DNA of 63,987 bases, filler included, from Reticulomyxa filosa (taxonomy: Eukaryota; Protista; Foraminifera): the NCBI GenBank assembly GCA_000512085.1. It is 23 parts of 23 records of this genome, joined end to end, with 100 filler letters (N's around TTAATTAATTAA, not from the genome) between each part and the next. Parts side by side here need not be neighbours in the genome. Positions count along the whole stretch, not along the records: positions 36,898 to 39,291 come from ASPP01022747.1; positions 39,392 to 43,072 come from ASPP01011745.1; positions 43,173 to 44,333 come from ASPP01046876.1; positions 44,434 to 45,886 come from ASPP01004752.1; positions 45,987 to 47,380 come from ASPP01022479.1; positions 47,481 to 61,515 come from ASPP01026708.1; 17 more parts are not named here. One strand, given 5' to 3'. Shown in pieces: positions 37,405 through 50,699 of the stretch; within the stretch, counting starts at the first letter, position 1; each line of letters opens with the position of its first letter. A model generated the notes under the pieces. It was given only the letters and a program-made list of their open reading frames with translations, was not told the DNA's origin and searched no databases. Position numbers and translations under genes: made by a program.

Positions 37405-38649
37405 TTATTGAAAAGAAGCAACAGGATCTCCTAAAATGTTGAGTATGGGTTCAACTCCTAGCCCAGGCTCATGACTTGCTTTCATGCGACCATTGTCTCG
37501 AATTGGCGAGCCATGAGCTGTTTTGACTGTGTTGTAGCTGTTGAAATCGGTAGAACTAAAGCGATATTTTTGCGGCGTGCTATGAGCTAAATGTGCAATA
37601 GCAGCCGTGGTAATATCACCTCCCCAGGTGTCTTCAATGCACATGGCAAGACCAAACCGTATGCACAAATCCCTCAGTTCTTTGGCTTTCGTCAGTCCCC
37701 CTAATTTGCTAATTTTGAGATTGATGACATCAGCCCCGCGATCATGAATGCATTGCACCAATTGCTGGACGCTGTCAATGCACTCGTCCAATATCAACGG
37801 ATGATAACTACTTTGCCTACGTATACACTGGTTTTCAGCATACGACGGACAAGGTTCCTCAATGTAAACATTGGGCAAGTGCTTGCAGCTGTGAATGATT
37901 TGCAATGCTTCATGTGTCAACCACCCTGTATTCGCATCCGCCACCAACACGTCATTTGCATCGGTCAAAATTTTTTCTCGTACAATTTGAATACGTGCAA
38001 TATCTTCCGGAACTGTCGAACCCATTTTCAATTGGAATTTGTTGTATCCTTCCGATTTGTACTTGCGCACATTTTCGGCCATCTCTTTTGGCGGAAGTTG
38101 CGAGATTGCGCGGTACAAGTCCACTTCCTCACCGTGTCGACCGCCCAACAAGGACACCAATGGCAAATTACACACTTTGCCTAAAATGTCCCAACAGGCC
38201 ATGTCGATAGGTGATTTCACATAATTGTGACCCTTCAATGCCTTGTCCATAAAGTGGTTCAATGCCGACAAGTTTATTGCATTCATACCCAACAACTGTG
38301 GTGCGAGCTCATGCAAACCACTACGCGCACCAAGTGCATAACTTGGCAAATAAAATGGCCCCAATGGGGTCACCTCACCCCATCCCGTTATTCCCGTTGC
38401 TGTGTCGATTCGAACCACTGTGGAGTCGAACACTGACACTGACTTACCTTCACTCCATCGATAACTTCCCTCTTTCAACGGCAAGTCGCACTTATAAACT
38501 GTTATTCGGGATATTGGGTGCACTTCGTTTTCTACTTTTTTTGGTTTTCCACTTCCTCCTTTTGAACTAAAATAACGAGTTATTTCAGTGAACAAAAGCA
38601 CTTTTTGTCGGTGAGGATAGGATCCAAAAATTGACTTGATACCCAACAT
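37405..38649 (-). CDS. Enolase-superfamily (mandelate racemase/MLE) enzyme, cis-3-hydroxy-L-proline dehydratase-like, with putative mitochondrial presequence
   Basis: DLPLKEGSYRWSEG..V.VFDSTVV, LYRAISQ, KFQLKMG, ADANTGW, YIEEP, LDE, NLKISKLGGLTKA, IEDTWGGDI, TDFNSY, PGLG. Intronless. First ATG at 38649 (MLGIKSIF...TRYFSSK). Confidence 0.85.
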   Translation of the reverse strand: MLGIKSIFGSYPHRQKVLLFTEITRYFSSKGGSGKPKKVENEVHPISRITVYKCDLPLKEGSYRWSEGKSVSVFDSTVVRIDTATGITGWGEVTPLGPFYLPSYALGARSGLHELAPQLLGMNAINLSALNHFMDKALKGHNYVKSPIDMACWDILGKVCNLPLVSLLGGRHGEEVDLYRAISQLPPKEMAENVRKYKSEGYNKFQLKMGSTVPEDIARIQIVREKILTDANDVLVADANTGWLTHEALQIIHSCKHLPNVYIEEPCPSYAENQCIRRQSSYHPLILDECIDSVQQLVQCIHDRGADVINLKISKLGGLTKAKELRDLCIRFGLAMCIEDTWGGDITTAAIAHLAHSTPQKYRFSSTDFNSYNTVKTAHGSPIRDNGRMKASHEPGLGVEPILNILGDPVASFQ

Positions 38650-40182
38650 CTCTCTTCTCTTATATGGAACTTTTTTTCCTCCGTCCCTTCCCTTTTTTAC
38701 TTCTTGTGTTTTTGCCACAAATAAAATCTTTATTTAAAAAGGCAAAGTCAATAACATTTACGCGTAATCGTTCCTAAGCATTTGTTGCTGTTATGCACGA
38801 GATAGAAAATCTATCATAGTGAAGTAGCAGTGCGCTTCTTTTAATTCTGTCGCATAAAGTGCTTTTACCATAAGAAAAATTTCAACTTAAAAGTCAATAG
38901 ATGAAACTGTTTGAAGAACATAAAACTAGAAACAACACTTTGGGGTAAAAGGGAGCTGAGCCATAGTTTACCGTTTGGTGACGTTTCTGATATCAAGTGA
39001 ATACTATCCATGGCAAATTCTTCTCTTATGAGCACCATATTAGGTGTTCCTGCTTCCTATTTGAAGACAGAAGATGATACCACTGATAATGTAGACGACG
39101 ACATTTTGGCAGCAAAAAGAAAAAACGAAGTGTCAACAGGAGTTAAAATAAAAAAAAGAGAGCTATAAAATTATTTAAAAGGGAAAGAGAAAAAGAAAAA
39201 GCTTTGAGAATTTATTTTAAGACCAAAATGTTTGAAGAAATTTGGATGTAGTTGGACAAAACAAAAACAACTACTTAAAAAAAAAAAAAAANNNNNNNNN
39301 NNNNNNNNNNNNNNNNNNNNNNNNNNNNNNNNNNNTTAATTAATTAANNNNNNNNNNNNNNNNNNNNNNNNNNNNNNNNNNNNNNNNNNNNTTTCAGAAC
39401 GTAATTCCTTTCATTCTCATTCAATCTTCTCCTCGATATCATTACTCAAAAAGTGGCAAGTTTTTTTATGGTTTTACAACATTACAAGCTATTCACAAAT
39501 AGTATAAAAATTACAATATATAGAATAATGCGTTATTACTCTTATATGACAAAATACTGCAAAATATTTACTGTATTTGTCATATCCTTTGCATTTTCAT
39601 AAACATTAAAAAAAGTTTCTTATTTTATGTTATTTAATAAATATACTTATCACGTCAGCACAAACTAATGTTCAGCGAAAAACATTATGTATAATTTGGA
39701 CTTTTTCTACATAGATTCTATGTATAATAAACGACAGTAATCCAATTAAGATTAATTTTTGTTTTTTCTTTTCTGAAAACAATAATAAACTAATGATTCA
39801 AATTTAATATAGTAAGTGAAGTATATAAACTGCAACTATTTATGTTTATGCTAATCAATAATGCGAAAAGAAAACTAATATATGCAAGTTTCAATTATCA
39901 TCTAAATTTTTTCATAATTTCATAAAGTTTTCTGTTTTGTGCTTTGATCAGTTGTATGATATCGTTCAAAATTTTTTTCATTGATCAATTGTTTTGCAAA
40001 AATTATTTTTAGAAAAAATAGTTGTATACTCAAAATTTCTGTGTAATTGTCAACACAACAAATTTTTAGCAATCACTACAGAATTATGCCGCCATTCACA
40101 GCTTCTAAAACGGTATTTTGAGGTTATATTCGAAAAACTTTAAAGTTCCTCAAGCATATAAATTTGAGGAAATTATAGCAAA

Positions 40183-41730
40183 ATGAAAATTCTGAACAGA
40201 AGGATAGGAAAAGACAAAGCGGGTTTCATTCATGTGGAATGTGAAGAACCAGAAGATTTTTGGCACATATACAATCTCCTCCGCAAAGGCGACATAATAA
40301 CATCGACGACAATTCGCAAAATTCAGCACGAAACAAATACGGGGAGTGTAAGTTCACAAAAAAAGACGATTAAGCTATCACTTCGAGTGGACACAATTGA
40401 TTATGATACATCCACATGTGTGATTCGGATAAAAGGAGTCAACGTGAAAGAAAACAAATACGTTTCAGTTTGGAATTATTGTTTTCATTTGTTATTTATG
40501 CATTAAAAAAAAAGAAGAGAAAAGAAACAAGGTTACGTATGAACTTTTTTTGAAATCTGATTGTAATGTGATTTGATTTTGGCAGCTGGGACAATCGCAT
40601 ACAATAGAATTGAACTTGCATCGTCCATTCAGCATAGAGAAGAAGGAATGGGATAGCATGGACTTGGAGAGGATATATATTGCAAATGATCCGACAAAGT
40701 CAGCAGATTTGGCGGTGGTAGTGATGGAATACGGATTGGCGCACGTGGTATTGGTAACTGCACATATGACACTAGTTCGTGCGAAAATCGAGAAAACGAT
40801 TCCACGAAAGCGAGCTGGCAGCAGCAGCCGACACGACTTAGCGATTGAAAAGTTTTACATGCAAGTGTTGGAAGCCATCGTTCGACACATTGACTTTGAT
40901 GTGGTGAAATGTGTAGTGTTGGCAAGTCCAGCATTTATAAAGGATGATTTTTATGAATTTATTTGGAAAACAGTGTCACAAATATCGGATTCGAGTGACG
41001 CGAATGACTCTTTGTCCAAAAAAAAGGGGGGCTCCAGCAAAGCTGCGTTGTCGGACGAAAAGAACACTCCATACAAAGTGCTTTTGGCCAACAAGTCCAA
41101 GTTTATTAAAGGTCATTGCAGCAGTGGACACAAGGGTGCTGTGAAAGAGATCTTGCAAGACAAGGATATGCAAAAACAGTTGTCCGATACTAAGGCATCG
41201 AGTGAGGTCAAGTTGTTGAATGAATTTTTCAAGTTGCTCAATGATGATGAAACCAAAGCTATGTATGGCTTCAGACATGTGCAAAAGGCCAATAACAGCA
41301 AGGCCGTTCAGACTCTACTTGTCACCGACAAACTCTTCCGTTCTGCCAATTTGGCCACTAGGAAACAATATGTCGCTCTGGTCGATAGTGCTCGCAGAAA
41401 CAGAGCTGATGTTTATATCTTTTCTAGTCTTCACGTTTCTGGAGAACGTTTTGTCAATTTCTTTCTTTTTTTTTTATTGAAACGGCCTGAAATGATCGTG
41501 TCCAAACTGTTGGGAATTTGGTGCTTCTCATAGAACTGGATCAAATTACTGGTGTTGCTGCGTTTCTTAGATTTCCAATGCCTGAGTTGCTGGAAATGGA
41601 GGATGAAGGGGAAGAAGAACAAGTAGGAGAACCCACAGAGAATAAAAAGGATGAAGAGGAAAAAAAAGAATCCGAAGCTAGTGACGCTACTGATGATGGA
41701 GATGCGGAATATTCGCAATCTGATACGTGA
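40183..41730 (+). CDS. PELO: Pelota/Dom34 ribosome-rescue factor (3 exons: 40183-40467, 40586-41447, 41534-41730)
   Basis: EEPEDFWHIYNLL..GD, GQSHTIEL, LASPAFIKDDF, SSGHK, YGFRHV, LLVTDKLFRS, SSLHVSGEQLDQITGVAAFLRFP. Both GT-AG introns restore the frame. Confidence 0.95.
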
Positions 41731-42173
41731 TCGATTTTGCATGTCTATGGAAATAAAGAGAAACAGGGAAGAAAGAGAATTATTACAAAGTCCTTTGGGC
41801 ATTTCAGAGTTGCAAAATTGAATATAACAAACATTGTGTTCTAATCCAATCTCTTCGGACATACCAGTAACACCTTTATACTCGTTTGTGGACATTGTTC
41901 AGAAATATTAAAAAATCGTTTAACAGTAAAAAGTTCAATTTTTTTTGAGCTAACTTTAATCGTATTTGTCAGTACAACCAAACAATTGTTTACAAGCCGA
42001 ATAAAACTTTTTAATGTATAAGCTTTTATTCAGTAAAACAATTTTTTTTTGCTGATCCGTTAGAAAACTGTTTCTGAGGGACAGAAGAGCCCCTTTTTTT
42101 CCTCATTACTCGATCTTGCACGGCTGTGACAATAATAAAATTTTTAAAAAACAAAAGTAATAACTAACAAATA

Positions 42174-42848
42174 ATGGGCAATCAAGGAAGTAGTACTAAA
42201 GATGGCACGCCAATGCGTTTCAGTGATTACTACACGACAGGGGAGAGAATAGGAAGTGGCACATTTGCGGTGGTGAAAAAGTGTTACCGAAAGACGCAGA
42301 TGGACCAAGCGTTTGCAGTGAAGATAATTGACAAAAAGCATCTGACAGGAAGAGAATTAGTAGGTCTGAAATACGAAGTGAAGATCCTGCAAACGATGGA
42401 ACATCCATCAGTGATGAAAGCGGTGGACGTATTTGAAGACAAGCGAAAGGTGAGAATTGTGTTGGAGTTGTGTGAAGGAGGCGATTTGTTCGATCAAATG
42501 TTGAAGGAAAAGGATAAACGATTGAGCGAAAAGAGAGCGGCTTGGATCACCTGCAAATTGGCACGTGCATTGAAATACTTACACGAACATCACGTTTGCC
42601 ACCGTGACTTGAAACCCGAAAATGTGCTGTTTTGCAAAAATGGAAATATTAAGATCACCGACTTTGGGTTAGCCCATTATCTCAAGCTGCCTCCTGCCTA
42701 TCACATCATGCATACGTGTTGTGGAACACCTCACTACGTCGCTCCTGAAGTTCTGGGGGCTGAGCAATACGGTGTCCAAGTTGACTTCTGGAGTTTAGGG
42801 GTTATTCTATACATTATGTTGTCGGGCTATCAGCCGTTTAATTCCAAG
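42174..42848 (+). CDS. CaMK-group Ser/Thr kinase, N-myristoylated, partial
   Basis: MGNQGSS, IGSGTFAVV, AVKII, HRDLKPEN, DFG, CGTPHYVAPE, DFWSLGVILYIMLSGYQPF. Runs into an intron and the contig end. Confidence 0.9.
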
Positions 42849-44433
42849 TTTTTTATTTATTTTTTTCTCTCCTTTTGCTTTTTTTTTTCTCCTCCCCCTT
42901 TTTTTTTTTAAATACCCTTTGGGAAGGTATACGTCTTTTTTTTTTTTTTTAAAAAAAAAAAAGGTTGAATGTAAGTTTAATTGCTGATATTGTTTATTGT
43001 TTATGCTGAACTCTCATATATATATATATATGTATGTATACACATATATATGTATATGTATATATATATATANNNNNNNNNNNNNNNNNNNNNNNNNNNN
43101 NNNNNNNNNNNNNNNNTTAATTAATTAANNNNNNNNNNNNNNNNNNNNNNNNNNNNNNNNNNNNNNNNNNNNAATCTTAAAACAACAACTGGTATGTTTT
43201 ATTTTCTTATTTCTATTTCACAATATAAGCAAATAATAAATAATAAATCAGAATAATCAAACAATTGAAATTGAACAATTGAAAAAAGAACTTAAATTAA
43301 AAAATGAAAGACTTTATCAAATTGATGGAAATGATAATGAAGAAAAAAAGGAAAATAATTTCAATATGTCAAACTTTAATTTATTTAGTTCATCTGGATT
43401 AGTAGATATTACAGTTGAAGATGCATTACAAAAAATTGAATTGATATTAATTTCAATGAAAAAGTTAAATGGAACGAAGCGCAAATTGCTCCTTGTAGTA
43501 GCTCATATGAAGTAAAAAAATGTAGAGTAGATCACGAAATCCTACATATTAAATTCATAAAAAAATTATAAGTAATGAGGAATTGAATTTAATAATTTAA
43601 TTGTAAATAGTTATTTATATAAATTATCTGTTATTATTGAAGGATTTTGGAAATGTATGATCGAAGATAATTCAAAAGAAACAAAAAACGATTGGATAAC
43701 AATATAATTACAATTTATATTTAAATCAATAATAAATAAAAATATATATGCTACTGTTTGTGGAACTTTATCAGGATTAAAAACAAAAGAAGATGATTTA
43801 AATAACGTATTTGCTTATAAAGATCTTCTTTGGTCATTAAATAATAATTTATTTGGTGAAAGTGAGACATATGAACCATTTATTGTATTTGATTATAAAC
43901 CACCAAATGCATTAGAAGCATTTAATAATGAAATTGGAGTGCTACAGGCGATATAGTTGCAAGGTTGCTGCGAATTATCACAACAAAAAATAAATACAAC
44001 AAGTTAATATATTATTGATTAACGTATTAATATGTTATTATATTTTTATAAATAAAACAAAATAATCAGAAATAAAGAAAAGACAATAGCGCTAAAGATA
44101 AACAAAAGTTAGTTCATACAACTAGTGAAGTAGAAGCATTAAATGATACAAATACTATTGAACTAAGTAGATTAGCAAGACTAATTGGTAAACGATAACT
44201 GACGATATTAGAACGATATACTTTGTTTTCATTACTCATACAGCAATTTATTTGAAAAATACAATATTTTGCAGAAAAAACTGACACATCTTATGATAAT
44301 GATTTCATCAGTAAATAACAAAATTTTTTGAAANNNNNNNNNNNNNNNNNNNNNNNNNNNNNNNNNNNNNNNNNNNNTTAATTAATTAANNNNNNNNNNN
44401 NNNNNNNNNNNNNNNNNNNNNNNNNNNNNNNNN

Positions 44434-44468
<35 letters not shown>

Positions 44469-44479
44469 TTGAGATTTTG

Positions 44480-44790
44480 TTCAAATGTGACTTTACGTAA
44501 CGTCCCACTTTTGCTTTCGGTCTGGCCATAAGGACAGTACTAAACACATGATTCTCGTTGGATAAATAGTTCCCCAAGGATAATTCAAAGGAATCAATTT
44601 CGCAGCTGCTTCTGGTTGGTTGATCGGTAAGTTGGGATCCTTTTCAAAACTCTCGTCATATAGGTGTGCTCCGATTTGAATCCTCTCTTCATTTTGTGAC
44701 TCGTCCGAGTTGTCGGCCAGAAATGTAACTTTTCCAGAAGTGGAGCTATCAACAACAATGCCTTGCATTTACTTTGTTCCGTCAGTTGAG
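44480..44790 (-). CDS. Hypothetical protein exon
   Basis: Roughly 90-aa ORF with higher GC flanked by intron-like A/T tracts. No family recognised. Confidence 0.3.
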
Positions 44791-45629
44791 TTTTTTTTTA
44801 TAAAATTATCATTTATTATTTATTTTTTTTTTTTTTTTAGTTCTTTGTGTTTATGTTAATGTTTACCCACTAGGAACTGGAATAATAAAAAACATAAGGA
44901 TACAATATGCGACTGCGAAACAAAGCAACCAAAACCAATGAGATCGGTAGTGAAACACTTTATCATTTGTCAATGTTGACGACCAAGTGCCATTTCTTGT
45001 TTTTTTGTTTGAGAAGAAAACAACACTTTAGAATTTGCTGAGAAGACTGGGAAAAGTTGAGATGTAGTGCACACCTGCCTTATGGAGGTACTTCGTGCAC
45101 GATTTCTCATGTTGTAAATCAAGTTGATGATTAAGCTGATGAATTCTTGAAAAATTTAAATTAGAATTATTCTCAAAAAAACTTTTCCCTTAAAAGTACT
45201 AACAGCCTCATCGATTCGAATTTGTCGCTACAATATTGTAATGCAGAAGGTACATTATCGAACTGAATATTGCAATTAACTCCAGGTCATTCCCGAATTT
45301 ATTCTCCATTATTAGAATCTTTTCAAAAATCCCTTTGTTTTTCGTCACATAATAAATGAAGGCTTGCTGGGCCTGTTTATCAAAGTTAATGACATTCACG
45401 CTTACTAAAATATTCTTCACTGACTTATAATCCCACTCTTTACTTTAAGAGATCGTCATTTTAGACGGATCAACAAAAAATGTTTTTTGTTCAATTATTT
45501 ATTGTTTTGGTTTGCTTCCTTTCGTTATAATTTGTTTTCAAAGTTTGTCATATAACAAAAAAGAAACTTTGTTTGTTGCACCAAAAGAGATATTGTGATT
45601 AGCATTTGCTTCAGTTTTATTGTAATGTA

Positions 45630-45886
45630 TTCAACAAACCAAAGATTTTTTACAAGAACATGGTGTTTGTATTGATGCCTTTCAAGGAAATCGTAAAACT
45701 TGTTTGCGCAGCGTAATGTTATTTGATAAAAAAATATTCCATTTGATATTCAAATTCAAGATTTGCAACAATTATTTGGTAAATATGGTCAATTAGGAAA
45801 TGTTTTATTACCTGAAACAAAACAATGGCTATTATTCAATTTCTTGATCCCATTGATGCTAAAAAAGCTTTTCAGAATTTAGCTTT
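45630..45886 (+). pseudogene. RBM19/Mrd1-like RRM fragment
   Basis: FLQEHGVCIDAF...KNIPFDIQIQDLQQLFGKYGQLGNVLLPETK/MAIIQFLDPIDAKKAFQNLA resembles the central RRM of RBM19/Mrd1. Frameshifted. Confidence 0.65.
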
Positions 45887-48800
45887 NNNNNNNNNNNNNN
45901 NNNNNNNNNNNNNNNNNNNNNNNNNNNNNNTTAATTAATTAANNNNNNNNNNNNNNNNNNNNNNNNNNNNNNNNNNNNNNNNNNNNAAAAAAAAAATAAA
46001 AAAAAAAAGCGTGCACACAAATAAAAAAAAATAAACTTCATTCCATCCTTTTCTCAAGTTCTCCACTTCCTCTTCTGTAAACGTTGTTACTGCCATAGAT
46101 AGATTTCACACGGTGGCCAAACTTGCGACTAACACAACAGTAGTTCAAACGTGAAACAAAAAAAGACTTCAAATAATGCAAATACATCCTCCCATTCTTC
46201 TAGTGGGTCCGTATACTAGCCACTGACGCAGTCGTCTTCGTAATCAATATACAAAAGGGATACGAATTTTTTTAAAAAGAATTTAACACTTTGTCCTCCT
46301 TCTATCAAAAACTGAAATTTTCATCTATTTCTTTTTTAATGACTAAATTAAAGCAAAATTAACATAATTTTCTTCTACTTGTTTTACTTTTTTGGTGTAA
46401 CTTGTAAATAAAGAAAAAATCTTAGGTAAAAATCATTAATACAAGTAAAAGACGTGAGATTAAGCAAAAATAAGTTCAATATCACAAAGAAAAAAGCAAA
46501 ATAAGACAAAAAACTATTTTATCTCGCTTCAATTTTCCTTTTACGATAAACTTTCAAGATATTTAAAATAAATTTTTTTTTTTTATGTATAAGCTTTTTC
46601 GCTATCATTCGGACTTGACAAATCAAATTTGAGAAAAAAAAAAAAAGTAAAAAGACTAGAGTGTAAGTTTGCTTGAAAGTGAAAATTTCAAAACATCATG
46701 TTGATAATCATTATACAAACCAACCTCAACATTACGAATTTCAAAGGTCACCATTTGTGTTGTCAACTAGGGAACACAAAAATATTTTTGATATATATAA
46801 TTTCTGAGAAAGCAATCCGATTGAACCAAGAAAAAGATAAACATGTTACGAACAAAGACAAAAACACCTAAAATGAGCATTCAGCGGAACGCTCCAGGCT
46901 TTGATATTGGACGTGCATCAACCTCGGCACGGGTGCAAGTGGACAGAATGTCTGCTCAAATAAAAAAGAAATTACAAAACCAGTCTGCAAGTAGCATTGC
47001 CCAGTTGATATTTGTTTGATTTTTGATGTTTGAAAGAAGGCAAAGTCAGAAGAGTATACAAACAAATGAAAACAAAGAACGGTTCGATCCGAAATTGGGT
47101 GGTGTGGACTTGTGGCATTGGCAGCATGTTTGTTGATTGTATGTTACGTGGCCATTTGGACAGTTTCACAAAGTGATCATCAGCAACTGTCCGAATTGAC
47201 ACATTCGAAAGGTCACTCTTCACATGGTCGCCAAGGTAACGAGGGGATGGGATAGAAACCTTTATTAAAAAAAAAAATAAAATAAAATAAAATAAAATAA
47301 AAGCTGTCGATGGAAAGGTGAAAGAGGTATTTGGTCATAATTTGGATGTGGATCCAGAACATTGGCCTAATCACGACATTNNNNNNNNNNNNNNNNNNNN
47401 NNNNNNNNNNNNNNNNNNNNNNNNTTAATTAATTAANNNNNNNNNNNNNNNNNNNNNNNNNNNNNNNNNNNNNNNNNNNNAATTTTTTTTGTTGTGACTT
47501 GTATATAGGAATACGTAAAGAGGACAAATACGGCCAAATTATATTTGAATTTGGAGATAGCATACAATAAATGGCACTTGCTGTGGCAATCAATATGAAC
47601 GGTACATTGTAATGCTATAAACCAAAGAAAGTAAATTTTTTTTTGTTTATGCCTAACTTAAGCTGTAGATTGTGTGTATTGAAAATAGAACTTCCATTGT
47701 GATGAGAAAAAAATGAATGCGGAGTAGAAACTACTTCCGTCTCCGAAAGGAGAACATCATGTTTGTTTTATTATCTTTTTTTTTGAATATATTTAACTAT
47801 TGTATGATTTGTACTATAGGTTCCTCCGTCCGTCAACAATTGTTCCAACCTATTCACACACAAAAAATAAAAAATGAAAAATAAAATCGGGGTTGAAATC
47901 CACCCCGTCTCCAAAAGGAGTAAAAAAAGTATTCATATATTTATATTTATGTGTTTATATACTTTTATCAATAATGTGTTTGTGTTTGTGAAGAAATATA
48001 AAATAGGAATTCCCCATCCAAAGAAAAAATATATATATGTACTTATCTTTATGTGATATACCTCCCTCCCTTAAAAAAAAAATTAAAGTATTTGTCACAG
48101 GAAAAGAAATTTGAAATTGTAAATAGTGTTCCAATAATCAAGTTATAAATATATTCGCCTGTCCCAAAAAATTATAAATGTAACTTTGTGTGTATGTAGA
48201 TATCAGGTTCCAAAAAAAGTTCAAGATTTTATGTTTGTTTTCTTGAAAGGGGTTTGGGGGAAAACGATGAAAAAAAAGTAACAAGTTGGGAAAAAAAAAT
48301 GGAATAATAAATTAGAAAAAAAAGGGGGAAGTGAATAAGAAGGAGAAGAAAAAAAAAGTATAATAAAAAAGAATAAAGTAATAGAAAAAAAGAAAAAGAA
48401 AATGGAAAATAATTGAAAAAAGAAAATAGAAAATGTGAAAAAAAAGAAAAGAAAAATAGGGGAAAAAAATATTTTAAAAGGAAAATAATAATGAAAGAAA
48501 AAAAATAATAATATTATTATAATTTTTTAATTTTTTTTATGTTGGGAAGAATGTTTGGTATCCCGTTTGAGGATAACAACAGTTAAGTAAATATTTTTTT
48601 TATTTGTGTTTGTTTAATAAAACATATTTCTGACATTATATATATTTACATCAGACCGATGATCAGACAGCACATGGAATATGTCAATAGATGAATACAC
48701 ATTATTCGTTGTTTGAAGGCGGCTTCTCTGGAAATATGTTCAATTCAATCTGGCATTTCAAAATATCAACAATACGCCTGCTAGGATTATATGCTCATAT

Positions 48801-50699
48801 GTTTATTCTTGAAAGTAACGTCGGCTCAAAAAAGAGTGACAATAGTTGTACAATCAATCCAATTAATCTGTATATTCGATGTCGAATAAATGTGGCATTT
48901 TGACAATAACATGCTCTTTCAAGTCATTTTGGATATCTTCGAATTGACAATTAATGTTATCGAGATGTCATAACGAAACAATTCAAGTCGAATTATGCAT
49001 ACTCAATTTCTCAATCGAAAGGAGAAAAAGGTCAACTAGCTGAAGTGAATTATGAACAAGTAGTTACCTTCCCCTTTTTAATTATCACCAATTGATGTGC
49101 CATTTCTGTATATATAGACTTCAAATAAAATATGTTTCCAAGTGGACAATTGGTGATTATTAATAATTTCAGAACAGATTTGGCATGTAATACATATTCC
49201 ATTTCTGACAATGTCTTGGCTGAATCGGAACATTCAACGTCTTATCCTCGATACCAGGTGATATCAGTATTGTTATAAGCAACATGAACCCCTCAAATAA
49301 TTTTCTTCAAATCGTGCTTCCACGGACAATCAATCAAATATGGCCAATCGACTTACCAGTACGGTTTCCAATTATTGATACCATCCGTCAAGTAAATATA
49401 TCATTATTCGGGAAAAAGTTTGAACACGAGTACATTTTGAAACGTCCAGAAAATAAATGAATCGAGATCACATTCAGCAATCTTGGGATTGGCTCCACAA
49501 ATTTACAATTGGCATGCGAGAAGCAATCCACAATCACACCGTCTGCTTTAAAGTGTAATCCGTATCGCGAGTGGTCATCGAGAATGACAAAGACAGCATG
49601 CTCTATTTGAGGGTATATGTTGTTTTATCACATTTTAATTTGTTGTAATATGTTACCCAAAACAATGTGAGAATGAGTCTTTTCATTGCACAGTGATTTA
49701 CCTTAGATTTAGAATGAAAGAAGAAGACAAGAAGAACAGAAGAAGGACAATAATAAAAACAAGAACAAGAAGAAAAAGAGTAGCTTAAGGAAAGAGGAAA
49801 AAAGGCAAAAATATCGACCAATAGTATTAGTGATATATGGATCATTTCAAGAAATATAACAAGTGGCGATAAGTCGTTCAAAAAGTGTAACTTATCGATA
49901 GAAGAAAGGAGATAATGTTAGTGAAGAATCAACGCAACAAATATTGACATATGTTTCATCAAGATAATAAGTGAAATGAAACAATGAAATGTTATGTGCT
50001 TGCAGTCACATAACAATACTCAGATTAGCACGCATTACTTTCATTCAATTCACTCCAGATCAACAATGCGCAATCATCAATCAAACATCAATCGTCTCCA
50101 TTTACATGTATTTGTGATTATGCTATGTGTTGTTCCCCAGATGTCGACACACCAAATACGCATCGAATCATTCCCAAGATACAATTGGTGGAAAATATTA
50201 AAATTGTAGTATACTGCCAGTCAAGTAAAATTACCAGAGAATGATTAGCATTATTACCTCGAATGCATTTGAAAGAATATTGAAGTTAAAAAAACATAGA
50301 TTTTTTTTTTTCTTTCTAAGCAGCTTAAATTAATTTGTTGTTTGTTGTTTTTATTGTTACAACAACTAGAATATGCTAAGTCCACAGGAGGTAGGTGGTG
50401 AAACCAGTGTTGCAAAAATGCGGAAGCAAGTACTGCTGTCTTGGTGAGAACGGAGGCATCATAAAAATAAAGAAAATGTGACGTGCAAACGGTATTCAGA
50501 TAACAGTAATAATATATTGACAACAGCGAACAGTGTTAATGCAAAGATACATAACGAGATTGGGCCTGGAAATAATATCGGTCTGTTCACAATATCTGGG
50601 ATACCATTTACACTCAATTAAACAAATTGGTAGATCTTTTCCATGGCGACATGAGTCAAGAAAGTAATGGTTATCTCATAATGAACAAACTCTCAATAC

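Noticed and set aside
43173-44333. Possible viral or mobile-element gene remnant in a very AT-rich contig
   Set aside because: Coding-like but broken, with no motif I can assign.
47737-47920. Two CTCC-(G/A)AAA-GGAG mini-hairpins as structured RNA
   Set aside because: They lie in two similar short exon-like segments (VETTSVSERR / VEIHPVSKRS). A 4-bp stem is too weak to support an ncRNA.
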